NCBI GenBank assembly: GCA_964472305.1
Contig: CAYYJR010000001.1
Coordinates: forward strand, 117,220 to 181,219
Source of the DNA: an uncultured bacterium
GTDB taxonomy: Bacteria > Armatimonadota > Hebobacteria > CAIYQO01
Reading direction: 5' to 3'
Length of the DNA: 64,000 nucleotides
The notes below the pieces were generated by a model. It searched no databases. It was not told where the DNA came from and saw nothing but the letters and a program-made list of their open reading frames with translations. The first letter of the stretch is position 1; every line of letters begins with the position of its first letter. Shown here piece after piece: positions 19,231 through 29,055 of this stretch. Made by a program: the position numbers and the translations under genes.

Positions 19231-20895
19231 GTGAAAACAGTGTGCGATTGGAGAGCCCTTCTCCTCCTCATCTCACTGGTGCTGGCACTGGCGCCCTCCG
19301 CCATGCGCGCCCAGGCCGCGGACACGCTGTCCGGTGTCGACGCCATTGTCACCCGCGCCAACGCGCTGGGCGACAATCAGAAATACGACGATGCGATCAA
19401 GCTGCTGAACGACGCCATCGAACGCTACCCGACTAATGCGCGCCTGTACCTGGCGCTGGCCAACTGGCAGGAGACGCGCGGCCTCAGCCTGGCCGAGTTG
19501 GACAGCATCACCGAAGGCAAAGCCGCGTTGCGCGAGAAGTTGAACCGTACTCCCTACGCAGTGATCGCGCGCGAGTTGTTCGAGACCTACGGCCGCGCCA
19601 TTATGTATGCGACCGACGTGCAGGAAGTACGCCGGCGCGTTAACGAACTGATGGTCAACGAATACCCGGTGCTCCTGGGTGATAACGGTCCGCTGGTGCT
19701 GCCCGGCAATCCGATGCCGTATACCGCGAATCTGATCGATCCGCAATTGCCGACGGAAAAGCGCGGCGCCTGCCAGTGGCTGGTGACCACCCGTCCATTG
19801 CCGACTTCAGATCGCTACTCAAGCGATCCCAAATATCGCGCGGAAGGCACCGACAATCGGGATCCCCGCTATAGCAACTGGGCTGAGTTCAGCCACATGC
19901 TGCTGGCGTATGAATACGACCGTGCCCAGCGTACCTGGCAGTTAAAATTTCGCGTGATGTGGCAGCAGGCTCCCGGCAACAAAGGGGAAGGCCGACAGCG
20001 CCTGGCACAGCAGTGCGCGCTGTTGCTGCTGCGCTGTTCGTCGCTGTTGCGCGCCTATACCACGTTGACGCCGCGATTTACGCCGGACGGCGCCATTAAC
20101 GTCTGGCTGGCCGAAAAGGGCGTCGCCGGCGGCGAAGCTTATAACGACAGCATCTATTTACACGAGATCGGCACACCGCGCACCACCACGGAGTGGATAC
20201 GCGAGTTGACCCACGAATACGGTCACCAGACGCTGCCCCCCACCGGCGGCTATGTCAAGCCGGAGTGGGCGTCGAACGGCATATTGGGCGAACGGCTCTT
20301 CATGCGCTGGCTGTTGCTGAACCGCAACCCCCAGAAGGATCCTCACCTGTGGGTCAACAGCATGGTTCCGCAGGAGATCACTGAGAACCGCATCGACAAC
20401 CTGATCCGCCTGTTCGCCGCCGCCGGCCCGGAGTCACCCGTATTGAGCGGCACCGACCGCCCGGCGATGGAAGGATTTGTCGGCATGGCGCTCTATCTGG
20501 ACATCACCCGTGGCAGCGACTATCTGGCAATGAGCCTCAAAGGCATGAAAACACCGGCCTTTGCCGGTCCGCAGGGCTTTCTAGAAGCCATTGCCAACCA
20601 GGAAGCCTATTACCAGGGACCGGACCACCCGTTGGTGATGCTGCGCACCGGCGGATTGCCCGCGGATATCCCGCTGTGGGTGTACCTGCGCAAAGGCACT
20701 TGGCGCGGCGAACTGAATTATCGGGAGGAGCCGCCGCAGAAGATCACCATCGAGGTGGACGGCAAGGTGACGAAGATGGAGGAAACGAAAGCCTTCATTG
20801 CCGGCGGCCTGAACGACGGCTGGCACCGCATTTACGTGAAAATGGACGGTAATCCGGCGCCGGTGCTGAATACTATCAAGCTGGTGCGGCAGTAA
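19231..20895 (+). CDS. secreted hypothetical protein with TPR-like N-terminus and an HExxH (HEYGH) putative zinc-peptidase motif
   Basis: GTG start. Signal peptide MKTVCDWRALLLLISLVLALAPSAMRAQA. A single HEYGH motif. The family is not recognised. Confidence 0.6.
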   Translation: MKTVCDWRALLLLISLVLALAPSAMRAQAADTLSGVDAIVTRANALGDNQKYDDAIKLLNDAIERYPTNARLYLALANWQETRGLSLAELDSITEGKAALREKLNRTPYAVIARELFETYGRAIMYATDVQEVRRRVNELMVNEYPVLLGDNGPLVLPGNPMPYTANLIDPQLPTEKRGACQWLVTTRPLPTSDRYSSDPKYRAEGTDNRDPRYSNWAEFSHMLLAYEYDRAQRTWQLKFRVMWQQAPGNKGEGRQRLAQQCALLLLRCSSLLRAYTTLTPRFTPDGAINVWLAEKGVAGGEAYNDSIYLHEIGTPRTTTEWIRELTHEYGHQTLPPTGGYVKPEWASNGILGERLFMRWLLLNRNPQKDPHLWVNSMVPQEITENRIDNLIRLFAAAGPESPVLSGTDRPAMEGFVGMALYLDITRGSDYLAMSLKGMKTPAFAGPQGFLEAIANQEAYYQGPDHPLVMLRTGGLPADIPLWVYLRKGTWRGELNYREEPPQKITIEVDGKVTKMEETKAFIAGGLNDGWHRIYVKMDGNPAPVLNTIKLVRQ

Positions 20896-21095
20896 AAGTG
20901 ACGGGAGAAGGAATACCGACGCAACTCCGCCGCCCCGCACGAAGCTGTCTGCAGCCTTGGCGGCGGCAGTACCCTGGTTGATCAGGAGTCGGGGTTACAA
21001 TCAGCAATCCAGTGTACCGACGCATCGGCGGGCAGTGACACAGGCTGGATTGTTCGGCAGCCTGTTGCGGTCACGACGGAGATGATGTTACCGGT

Positions 21096-21749
21096 TCAGC
21101 GCTTGAACTGTGCCAGCTTGCGGTTATGTCCGAACACCACCAGCACATCGTTCTCTTTGATGACGGTGTTGGTGGTGGGCGTGGTAGTGAACTTCTCGCC
21201 GGACTTCACCAGCAGCACCTGCAGGCCGTAGTGACTGGGCAGTTGCAGATCGCCCAGCGTGCGTTCCCACCATCCACGCGGCGCTTCGATTTCCTCGATG
21301 CCGAAGTCGTCCGAGACATCCATGTAGTCGAACATGCGCGTGCTGGTGGATACCATGTGTGCCAGCCGTTTGCCCATATCGTGCTCCGGCTGCACTATCT
21401 GGTCGGCTCCGATGCGCTCCAGGATCTTCCGCTGTTGGTCGGTCAATGCTTTGCAGATAATGTAGCGCGCGCCCAACTCTTTCAGGTTCAGCGTGATGAG
21501 CACGCTTTCTTCCAATCCGGAACCGCGTCCGACGATGCAGATGTCGAACGAGGGAATATCCAGCGTGCGCAATGCTTCCAGGTTGGTGGCGTCCATCTGC
21601 ATGGCGCTGCCGAGTGATGGCGCGGTGCGCTGCACCACCTCTAATTCTTTATCCACTCCCAGCACGTTATGGCCCAACCGGGCCAGTTCCATCGCCAGGC
21701 TTTCGCCGAAATATCCAAGGCCGATAATTAGAAAATTTAAAATTGTCAT
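21096..21749 (-). CDS. K+ uptake system RCK/NAD-binding subunit (KtrA/TrkA-like, single RCK)
   Basis: Start at MTILNFLIIGLGYFGESLA (Rossmann GxGxxG) with RBS GGAGTCACGAGC. TrkA-N plus TrkA-C domains in 217 aa. Confidence 0.8.
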   Translation of the reverse strand: MTILNFLIIGLGYFGESLAMELARLGHNVLGVDKELEVVQRTAPSLGSAMQMDATNLEALRTLDIPSFDICIVGRGSGLEESVLITLNLKELGARYIICKALTDQQRKILERIGADQIVQPEHDMGKRLAHMVSTSTRMFDYMDVSDDFGIEEIEAPRGWWERTLGDLQLPSHYGLQVLLVKSGEKFTTTPTTNTVIKENDVLVVFGHNRKLAQFKR

Positions 21750-21855
21750 GCTCGTGACTCCTCTGCCGGATCCGGCAATTGCCTCGTGCACCGCGTGCCA
21801 CATCGGTGTGACCGGTGTATTGTCGACTCCATGATACCGCAAACAGCGAGCGAGG

Positions 21856-23280
21856 TCATCCCGCCATCACCGCTTCCGTCGGGAGTCGGTGCAGTTGCGT
21901 GCGTTTGGATTGCGCGAAGGCGAAGACGAACGCCAATGGACCAAGGCGGCCCAGCAGCATGCTCAAGATAATCAGCACCTTCGACACTTCGTGCAGTTTG
22001 GGGGTAATGCCCGCGCTCAAGCCGACGTTGCCGAAGGCGGACAGCACTTCGAAGATCAGGCGCGCATAGTGGGTCATCGTCTCCGCATTGGCGGGCAATC
22101 CCCACAAAGTGATCTCGGTGAAGCTGATGCCGATGATCACCAGCAATGCCGCCAGCAGATACAGGCTGACCAGCGAGAGCGCCAGCCGCACCATCTCACC
22201 GCCGATGCGGCGGTGAAAAACCTCGATATCCGACCGTCGGCGCAGCAGCGTAGCGATGGCGAGAACGATGATGGACAGCGTGGTGGTTTTAATACCGCCG
22301 CCGGCGCCCAACGGCGACGCGCCCACGATCATCAACAGGCTCAGCATCATCAGCGTGGGCGGCGACACTACCGTTAGGTCCACCGGATTGAATCCGCCCG
22401 TGCGGGCCGTCACCGACATGAACCAGCCGGTCACCAGCCGCTGCGTCGGATTGTCCAAGATGCCCAGCGTCTGGTCGTTGCGCGCCTCGAAGAAAAGAAA
22501 TAACAGCATGCCTCCCACGATGAGGATGAGTGTGGTGCCCAGCACCAGCCGGGCATGCAGACTCAAGCGCCGGTGGCGCGGCAGCGTCGCCAGTTCGCGC
22601 AACACGCCGAATCCCAGGCCACCCAGCACGATCAGCGTGCCCAGGATAATCAGCAGCCAGGTATCGGCGCGTAACGTCGGTTGCGCCAATCCCTGAAATC
22701 CGTGCGCCAGTGTGAATCCGGCGTTGCAAAATCCGGAGATTGCGTAAAAGATCCCATGATAAGCGGCTTGCGCCCACCCCAGGTGGAGTTGCGCGGCGAA
22801 GCGCGGCGCCAGCAGCAAAGCCCCGAGAGCCTCCAGCGCGAGAGTGGCGATGATGATGGTGCGCGCAGTGCGCAGGGTATCGCGCGGACTGATGACGCCT
22901 TGTGTCGTGTTGCCCGGTCCGCCGGATTCGCCCACGCGCACCCCAAGCAACCGCGCAACCAGGGTTGCCACGGTCATGTAGCCAATGGCGCCGACCTGAA
23001 CCATCAGCAGCACAAGTCCCTGACCGAACGGCGACCAGGCATCGGCAGTGCTCTGCGTTACCAGCCCGGTCAGGCAGGTGGCAGAGACGGCGGTGAACAG
23101 GCAATCCAGCAAACCGACCGGCGTGCCACGCTGGGCGAAGGGAAAGGAGAGCAGCGAAGCGCCGATGAGGATGGTCGCCGCGAAGCCGAGTATCATGAAT
23201 TGAATAGGCGACAACCGCCGCGGTAACGAGGTGCGGCGTGATACAAACGTGTTGGTTGGCAATTCTCGGCTCCAGGACAT
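21856..23280 (-). CDS. K+ transporter membrane subunit (KtrB/TrkH family)
   Basis: Multi-TM protein with repeated pore-loop glycine motifs (GFCNAGFT, TGGF, GLS). Start placed at MSWSRELPTN; uncertain. Confidence 0.8.
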   Translation of the reverse strand: MSWSRELPTNTFVSRRTSLPRRLSPIQFMILGFAATILIGASLLSFPFAQRGTPVGLLDCLFTAVSATCLTGLVTQSTADAWSPFGQGLVLLMVQVGAIGYMTVATLVARLLGVRVGESGGPGNTTQGVISPRDTLRTARTIIIATLALEALGALLLAPRFAAQLHLGWAQAAYHGIFYAISGFCNAGFTLAHGFQGLAQPTLRADTWLLIILGTLIVLGGLGFGVLRELATLPRHRRLSLHARLVLGTTLILIVGGMLLFLFFEARNDQTLGILDNPTQRLVTGWFMSVTARTGGFNPVDLTVVSPPTLMMLSLLMIVGASPLGAGGGIKTTTLSIIVLAIATLLRRRSDIEVFHRRIGGEMVRLALSLVSLYLLAALLVIIGISFTEITLWGLPANAETMTHYARLIFEVLSAFGNVGLSAGITPKLHEVSKVLIILSMLLGRLGPLAFVFAFAQSKRTQLHRLPTEAVMAG

Positions 23281-23489
23281 GCGTAATGCTCCCGCGGCAT
23301 TATAGCGCGCTTCACCTGTGCCGTAAACCGCGCTGGTGCATGCCGTTGCCTTGTCGTACCGTACCGGCTCTGGTATACTGAATAAACTCGCGGCATGTGG
23401 CCGCTGGTATGGCACAACGCATGACACCATTCCCACGTGCGAGCGAGAACGGAGTTGGTGTTGACATTTCCCTCCCGGGGGTGGCAGAA

Positions 23490-24878
23490 ATGATTCATCA
23501 ACGCGCTGAGATTACCTCGCTCGATATCGAGCCGACCGTCGCTCACGTGCTGGGCATGGGATTGGCCGCCGGTCGTGGCGAGCGCTTTCGCCCACTTACC
23601 CTGAAAGCCAAAGGCTATTTACGCGCCAAAGCGGCCGTGCGCTTCCTCGGTCACCGCGTCCTCGACTGGATCATCCATATTCTGCAAGACCAGGGAATGG
23701 GCGACTTCGTCATGGTGACTAAAGGCAAGGAGAACCGCTACCAGATTAAAAGCATCGTCGGCTACGGTGAGTCGCTGGGCGTGCGAGTGCGTTATTCGCC
23801 CGTGCGTTTCGACCATGAAAACACCGGCAGCGCCGACGCCGTGCTGACCAACCTGGAGTTCTTCGATATCGACGAAACAATCTTCGTCTTCCCCACCGAT
23901 TCGGTGCTCGACATTGATTTGCCCGGCATGCTGGAGGCTCATCAGCGCAGCGGCGCCGTGGTCACCATCGCCACCGCGCACCAGCCGGCGGAGATCATCG
24001 CGAATCGGTACGGGCTGATCAACTGTGCCGTGGACGGGCAGGTGCGCGGCTTCCTTGAAAAACCGTCGCTGGAGAAGATCTACGAACTCTACGGCGGCAC
24101 CGACGGGCAATTTCCGCAATTGCCGCTGTTACCGACGAACGCCGGTTTCTATCTGATCAATTCCGCCCGATTGCGCAAAATAGCCCATCATACCGAGATC
24201 GCCATGATGCGCAAGCACCAGTTCGACATTGGCGGCGACCTGCTGCCATGGCTAGTGCAGAATGGGCACCAGGTATCGACCCACGAAATTGGCCGTATGG
24301 GCGACCTGGGCAATATTCCCAGCTACCTGCAAACGATGGTGGATGCCTTGCAGGGACGCTTCACTTCGCTGACAGCGCTGTTGCCGCGCATCTATCCTGG
24401 CATCGACCGGCTGATGATCGACGAGGAATCGCTGGAGATGACGGATCCGGTCAGCGGCCTGACACTGGCGGAAAAGATTCGGCAAGGACTGGTCACAATT
24501 CGTCCGCCCGTCCGCCTGGGGAAGTACGTGCGCATTTATCCAGGCGTCACGCTGGCGGAATGCAACGTCGATGATGACTGCGAAATTTTCGAGGACGCCA
24601 CCATCGTGCGCTCCTCTATCGGCGCCGGCTCGATGGTCGGACCGTATTCCTACGTGGAAGATACGCTGACCGGGATCATGGTCGAACTGCATTCCTCCCG
24701 TGAACAGCCGGTGCTGCTCAAGCGCTACGTCGCCATCGGCGACGAAGTGGTGGTGCGCGGTGGGGTGGCGCTCACCGATTCCGTCACCATTCATCCGCGT
24801 TTGAAAGTGCCCAGCGGCGTGCGCATTCCCGGACACACCGACGTGGAAAGCGCCGAGCAGATGCTGGAATTCCTCTGA
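23490..24878 (+). CDS. sugar-phosphate nucleotidyltransferase with C-terminal left-handed beta-helix (hexapeptide repeat) domain, paralog 1
   Basis: N-terminal GLAAGRGERFRPLTLKAKGYLRAKAAV is a divergent G-x-G-T-R...K nucleotidyltransferase signature. The C-terminus has I/V/L-G hexapeptide repeats. About 70% identical to the gene at 25113. Start uncertain (23397-23540). Confidence 0.7.
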   Translation: MIHQRAEITSLDIEPTVAHVLGMGLAAGRGERFRPLTLKAKGYLRAKAAVRFLGHRVLDWIIHILQDQGMGDFVMVTKGKENRYQIKSIVGYGESLGVRVRYSPVRFDHENTGSADAVLTNLEFFDIDETIFVFPTDSVLDIDLPGMLEAHQRSGAVVTIATAHQPAEIIANRYGLINCAVDGQVRGFLEKPSLEKIYELYGGTDGQFPQLPLLPTNAGFYLINSARLRKIAHHTEIAMMRKHQFDIGGDLLPWLVQNGHQVSTHEIGRMGDLGNIPSYLQTMVDALQGRFTSLTALLPRIYPGIDRLMIDEESLEMTDPVSGLTLAEKIRQGLVTIRPPVRLGKYVRIYPGVTLAECNVDDDCEIFEDATIVRSSIGAGSMVGPYSYVEDTLTGIMVELHSSREQPVLLKRYVAIGDEVVVRGGVALTDSVTIHPRLKVPSGVRIPGHTDVESAEQMLEFL

Positions 24879-24902
24879 TCACGGCGTTGGCGTTCGCCGC
24901 AA

Positions 24903-24950
24903 CGTCGGTCCCCCATCCCCGGATGGGGGACCGACGTTTTGCGCAGATCC
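24903..24950 (+). terminator. intrinsic terminator between the two paralogs (16-bp perfect stem plus TTTT)
   Basis: cgtcggtcccccatcc ccgg atgggggaccgacg tttt. Confidence 0.75.
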
Positions 24951-25112
24951 CATCCTCGTCTTTCGTGCCTTGCTCATGCGCTGCCGCTCGCATTGTTCCC
25001 ATCCTTCTTGTCGCTCCTCCTCGACACGCATACGTCCGCTGTCGCCTTATACTGGCGGTGAGCACCTGCGGAAGTCCGCGGGCGCTTTCGTCGTTTATGC
25101 GAAGGAGCTTGA

Positions 25113-26453
25113 ATGGAGCATATATTGGGGCTAGGTCTGGCAGCAGGCAGCGGCGTGCGTTTTCGTCCGCTCACGTTAAAGGCCAAAGGTTATCTGCGCG
25201 CCAAAGCAGCCGTGCGGCTGTTGGGCCGTCGTGTGCTGGACTGGATCATCGGCATCCTGCAACAGCAGGGAGTAGTCGACTACGTAATGGTCACCAAGGG
25301 GAAAGAGAACCGTTACCAGATCAAGAGCATTGTCGGATATGGCGAGTCGCTGGGGGTGCGGGTGCGCTATTCGCATGTGCGGCTGGATCACGAAAACACC
25401 GGCAGCGCCGACGCCACGCTGACCAACCTCGATTACTTCGACGTGCATGACACCGTGTTCGTCTTCCCGACCGATTCAGTGCTCGATATCGACTTGCAGG
25501 CCATGCTGGACACCCATCGCCGCTCCAGCGCGGTCGTCACCATCGCCGCCGCCCAACAGCCGGCGGAGGCCATCGCCAATCGGTACGGCCTTATTGACCG
25601 CGCGGCGTCGGGACGGGTATTGGGTTTCATCGAAAAACCATCGCTGGAAGCGATTTATTCCCATTACGGTGTGCATGGCCAGACACGGCAGCAACTGCCG
25701 CCGCTGGTGACGAACGCCGGTTTTTACTTGATGGATTCGCTCGCGTTGCGCGACATCAGCCACCACCCGGAAGTGGCGGCCATGCGCAAGCGGCAGTTCG
25801 ATATCGGCGGCGACTTGCTGCCGTGGCTGGTGGCGCATGGTTATCCGGTCTACAGCTATCAAATTGGACGCATGGGCGACCTGGGCAACATCCCCAGTTA
25901 TCTGGAGACGATGGTTGACGTGTTGCACGGGCGCTTCCCCTCCATGACGGCGCTGATGCCGCAAGTCTATCCCGGTAGTGACCATGTGCTGATTGATGCT
26001 GAATCGCTGGAGCTCACCGATCCTATCAGCCACCTCACCCTGTCGGAAAAGCTGGCGCAACGGCTGGTGATTATCGAGCCTCCCGTGCGCATCGGAAAAT
26101 ACGTGCGCGTTTACCCGGGTGTCACCCTGTCGGAATGCAATATCGACGACGATTGCGAAATTTTTGAACATGCCGCCATCATCCGCTCCTCCATCGGTGC
26201 CGGATCGCTTATCGGACCTTACAGCGAGATCGAGGATACGCTGACCGGTACCATGGTCGAGGTGCAGTCACAACGCCAGCGCCCCATCTCGCTGAAACGC
26301 TTCGTGGCCATCGGCGACGAAGTGATCGTACGTGGCGGCGTCTCGCTGACGAATTCCGTCACTATCCACCCGCGCCTGAAAGTGCCCACCGGTGTCCACA
26401 TCCCCGCCCGCACCGATATCGAAAGCGCGGAACAGTTGTTGGAGTATTTGTAA
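25113..26453 (+). CDS. sugar-phosphate nucleotidyltransferase with C-terminal left-handed beta-helix domain, paralog 2
   Basis: MEHILGLGLAAGSGVRFRPLTLKAKGYLRAKAAV...; same architecture as paralog 1; 446 aa. Confidence 0.75.
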   Translation: MEHILGLGLAAGSGVRFRPLTLKAKGYLRAKAAVRLLGRRVLDWIIGILQQQGVVDYVMVTKGKENRYQIKSIVGYGESLGVRVRYSHVRLDHENTGSADATLTNLDYFDVHDTVFVFPTDSVLDIDLQAMLDTHRRSSAVVTIAAAQQPAEAIANRYGLIDRAASGRVLGFIEKPSLEAIYSHYGVHGQTRQQLPPLVTNAGFYLMDSLALRDISHHPEVAAMRKRQFDIGGDLLPWLVAHGYPVYSYQIGRMGDLGNIPSYLETMVDVLHGRFPSMTALMPQVYPGSDHVLIDAESLELTDPISHLTLSEKLAQRLVIIEPPVRIGKYVRVYPGVTLSECNIDDDCEIFEHAAIIRSSIGAGSLIGPYSEIEDTLTGTMVEVQSQRQRPISLKRFVAIGDEVIVRGGVSLTNSVTIHPRLKVPTGVHIPARTDIESAEQLLEYL

Positions 26454-26488
26454 AGCGCTGTGTGGCGGGTGGCAAGTGACAACTGGTA

Positions 26489-27589
26489 TTAAAATTCCGC
26501 ATACAGGATACGCGCCAATTGGTCGAGGGATTTTTCGGCATCGAAGTGGTCGCGCACGCGGTCGGCGGCGTTGGCGCCCAGGCGGGCGCGCAAAGCGGGG
26601 TCGACACAGTGGGCGAGATGATCGGCCAGCCAGTCAGGTTGGCCGGGCGGAACCAACAGGCCGGTGGCATCGTGCTCGATGGCCTCGGGGATGCCGGATA
26701 GTCGCGAACCCACCGCGGGAAGACCGGTGCACATCGCTTCCAGCAGCACGTTCGGCAGACCGTCGCGGTCGCCGTCCGGCGCCTCCACCGAGGGACAGCA
26801 AAAGACATCCGCCCAGGCATAAGCCGCGCGCAATTGGTGTTGCGGCATCCAGCCGGGCAAAGCTATCTGATGATTCAGTCCCAGCCGCCGGCGTTGTGCT
26901 TCCAGCGCGGAGCGCAGTGGTCCTTCACCGAGGATGCGCAGGGTGAACGGCACGCGGCGTTGGCGCAACCGCGCGCACGCCTCCAGCAGCGTGCTGAAGC
27001 CTTTCTTAGCCACCAGGCGCCCCACCGCCAGCAAACGCAACGGCTCATGCGGTGCGCGCGGGCGCTCGGGTATACTGGCCGCCGTCCACCGGCGCGGCAG
27101 GCCGTGATAGATGGCGTGCATACGCTCGGCATTACCGACGTAATGGTCGCGCAGGTAGCGCAGGTTGGCGCGCGTGCAGGTGACAGTGGCCAGCGCGCGC
27201 GACATCTTCTCTTCCAATCGCTCCCCTTCGACGTAAATATCCCGTGCGTGCAGGCTGAGGAAAAACGGTAAACCTTCCGCCGCCAGCATCGCCACCGTAG
27301 ACGGCAGCGAGCCGAAGTGACCCAGCACGGCTCGATACCCCTTTACGCGAAAAAGCTCGCCCCAGCGCGTCGCCAGCCCCGTCGCCGCCGACGGTCCCAC
27401 CAGCCGGCGCATCAACCGCGCCGCCGCCGACGCCCATCCGTAGTGCACCCCCGGCGCCAGCCCACTCGCCGGTGGGAACAGACTGAAGATGTCCACCTGG
27501 TAGTCGCGCGCCTGCAATCCTTCAATCTCGTTGGCGATGAAGGTTTCCGATGGCGTCGGATAGGTACCCAGGACGTAGGCAATACGCAT
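26489..27589 (-). CDS. glycosyltransferase family 4 (GT-B fold, GT1 clan)
   Basis: C-terminal PNVLLEAMCTGLPAVGSRLSGIPEAIEHDATGLLVPPG resembles the E-x7-E region of GT4 enzymes. Confidence 0.8.
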   Translation of the reverse strand: MRIAYVLGTYPTPSETFIANEIEGLQARDYQVDIFSLFPPASGLAPGVHYGWASAAARLMRRLVGPSAATGLATRWGELFRVKGYRAVLGHFGSLPSTVAMLAAEGLPFFLSLHARDIYVEGERLEEKMSRALATVTCTRANLRYLRDHYVGNAERMHAIYHGLPRRWTAASIPERPRAPHEPLRLLAVGRLVAKKGFSTLLEACARLRQRRVPFTLRILGEGPLRSALEAQRRRLGLNHQIALPGWMPQHQLRAAYAWADVFCCPSVEAPDGDRDGLPNVLLEAMCTGLPAVGSRLSGIPEAIEHDATGLLVPPGQPDWLADHLAHCVDPALRARLGANAADRVRDHFDAEKSLDQLARILYAEF

Positions 27590-27610
27590 AATTCATCGCT
27601 TCGGACCGCG

Positions 27611-28861
27611 TTACGCGCGCAGATGTCCCGCGCCGTAAGCGACCCATTTGTAGCTGGTCAGTTCTTCCGGCCCGACCGGGCCGCGGGCGTGCAGTTTATC
27701 GGTGCTGATACCGACCACGGCGCCCAGACCGTAGTCGCCGCCGCCGGAGAGGCGGGTGGAGGCGTTGACCAGCACTGAAGCGGCATCCACCCCCGCTACG
27801 AAACGGTCGGCCAGCGCCAGCGAGCCGGTGATGATGCCGTCGGTGTGGCCCGAGCCGCAGGTATTGATGTGGACGATAGCGTCCTCGATGCTGTCCACCA
27901 CCTTGACCGACAGAATGGGTGCCAGGTATTCCGTCGTCCAGTCTTCTTCCGTCGCCGGCAGCATATCGACAATGGCGCGGGCGCGTGGACAGCCGCGCAG
28001 TTCCACCCCCTGCGCGCGCAAGGCGTCAGCGAGCACGGGCAGCGCGCGCGAGGCGCAGGCGGCATCCACCAGCAGCGTCTCCAGCGCGTTGCACACCTCG
28101 ACCTTTTCACACTTCGAATTCACCACCACTGCCGTTGCCATCGCCATGTCGGCGTCGGCGGCGATATACTGATGACAGACGCCGTCATAATGCTTGATGA
28201 CCGGGATGCGGCTTTCCGCCGTGATGCGCTCGATGAGCGACTTGCCGCCGCGCGGGATGATGACGTCGATGCAGCGTTCCTGCCGCAACAACTCGCCCAC
28301 CGCCGCGCGGTCGGGCGTGCGCACGATTTGAATCGCCGCCGCGGGCGCACCGGCGGAGTGAGCCGCCGCCGCCATCGTCTCCGCCAGCAGCACGTTGGTG
28401 AGCAGCGCTTCCGAGCCGCCGCGCAGGATCACCGCGTTGCCGCTTTTTAGGCACACTCCGGCAGCGTCAGTGGTGACGTTGGGTCGGGATTCGTAGATGA
28501 TGCCGATGACGCCCAGCGGTACGCTGACGCGCTGCACGCGCAGGCCGGATGGCCGCACGTGGCCGCGCGTCACCACCCCCAGCGGGTCGGGCAACTCGGC
28601 CACCTCGCACAGCCGGTCATACATATAGCGGAGGGTTTTTTCCGACAGCTTCAGCCGCTGCAGCAGCGGTCCCGCCAACCCCTCCGCTTTCGCCGCCGCC
28701 ACATCCCGCGCGTTGGCGGCCATAATGGTGACTTTGTGCGCGGTTAGTGCTTCCGCCATTGCGCGAATCGCCGCCGTGCGTTGTGTGCCGGGCAGCGTGC
28801 CGAGGGTACGCCCGGCCTCGCGCGCCGCCTGCGCCATCTCCGGGATCGTCTGCGTATACAT
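27611..28861 (-). CDS. proA: glutamate-5-semialdehyde dehydrogenase (gamma-glutamyl phosphate reductase)
   Basis: 416 aa. ALDH-superfamily ProA-like sequence along its length, with a catalytic Cys region (ETLLVD...). Confidence 0.85.
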   Translation of the reverse strand: MYTQTIPEMAQAAREAGRTLGTLPGTQRTAAIRAMAEALTAHKVTIMAANARDVAAAKAEGLAGPLLQRLKLSEKTLRYMYDRLCEVAELPDPLGVVTRGHVRPSGLRVQRVSVPLGVIGIIYESRPNVTTDAAGVCLKSGNAVILRGGSEALLTNVLLAETMAAAAHSAGAPAAAIQIVRTPDRAAVGELLRQERCIDVIIPRGGKSLIERITAESRIPVIKHYDGVCHQYIAADADMAMATAVVVNSKCEKVEVCNALETLLVDAACASRALPVLADALRAQGVELRGCPRARAIVDMLPATEEDWTTEYLAPILSVKVVDSIEDAIVHINTCGSGHTDGIITGSLALADRFVAGVDAASVLVNASTRLSGGGDYGLGAVVGISTDKLHARGPVGPEELTSYKWVAYGAGHLRA

Positions 28862-29000
28862 GCCATAATCCTAACACGGATCATGATGTTGTCAAGCGGA
28901 TTGGCGGAATCTGCGGTAGCGAGGAGGAGACGAAACGTGGAAACGCGGATGACACGGCGTTCCGTCACGGTACGGTGTTGCGGACGCTCCCTGTTGCGCA

Positions 29001-29033
29001 AACGGCGCCGGCCCTTGCGGAGCCGGCGCCGTT
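29001..29033 (-). terminator. 12-bp GC-rich hairpin between rpsA and proA
   Basis: aacggcgccggc ccttgcgga gccggcgccgtt. Weak T-tract, so function is inferred from position. Confidence 0.45.
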
Positions 29034-29055
29034 GGTTGCTTGTTCGGGTGACGCG

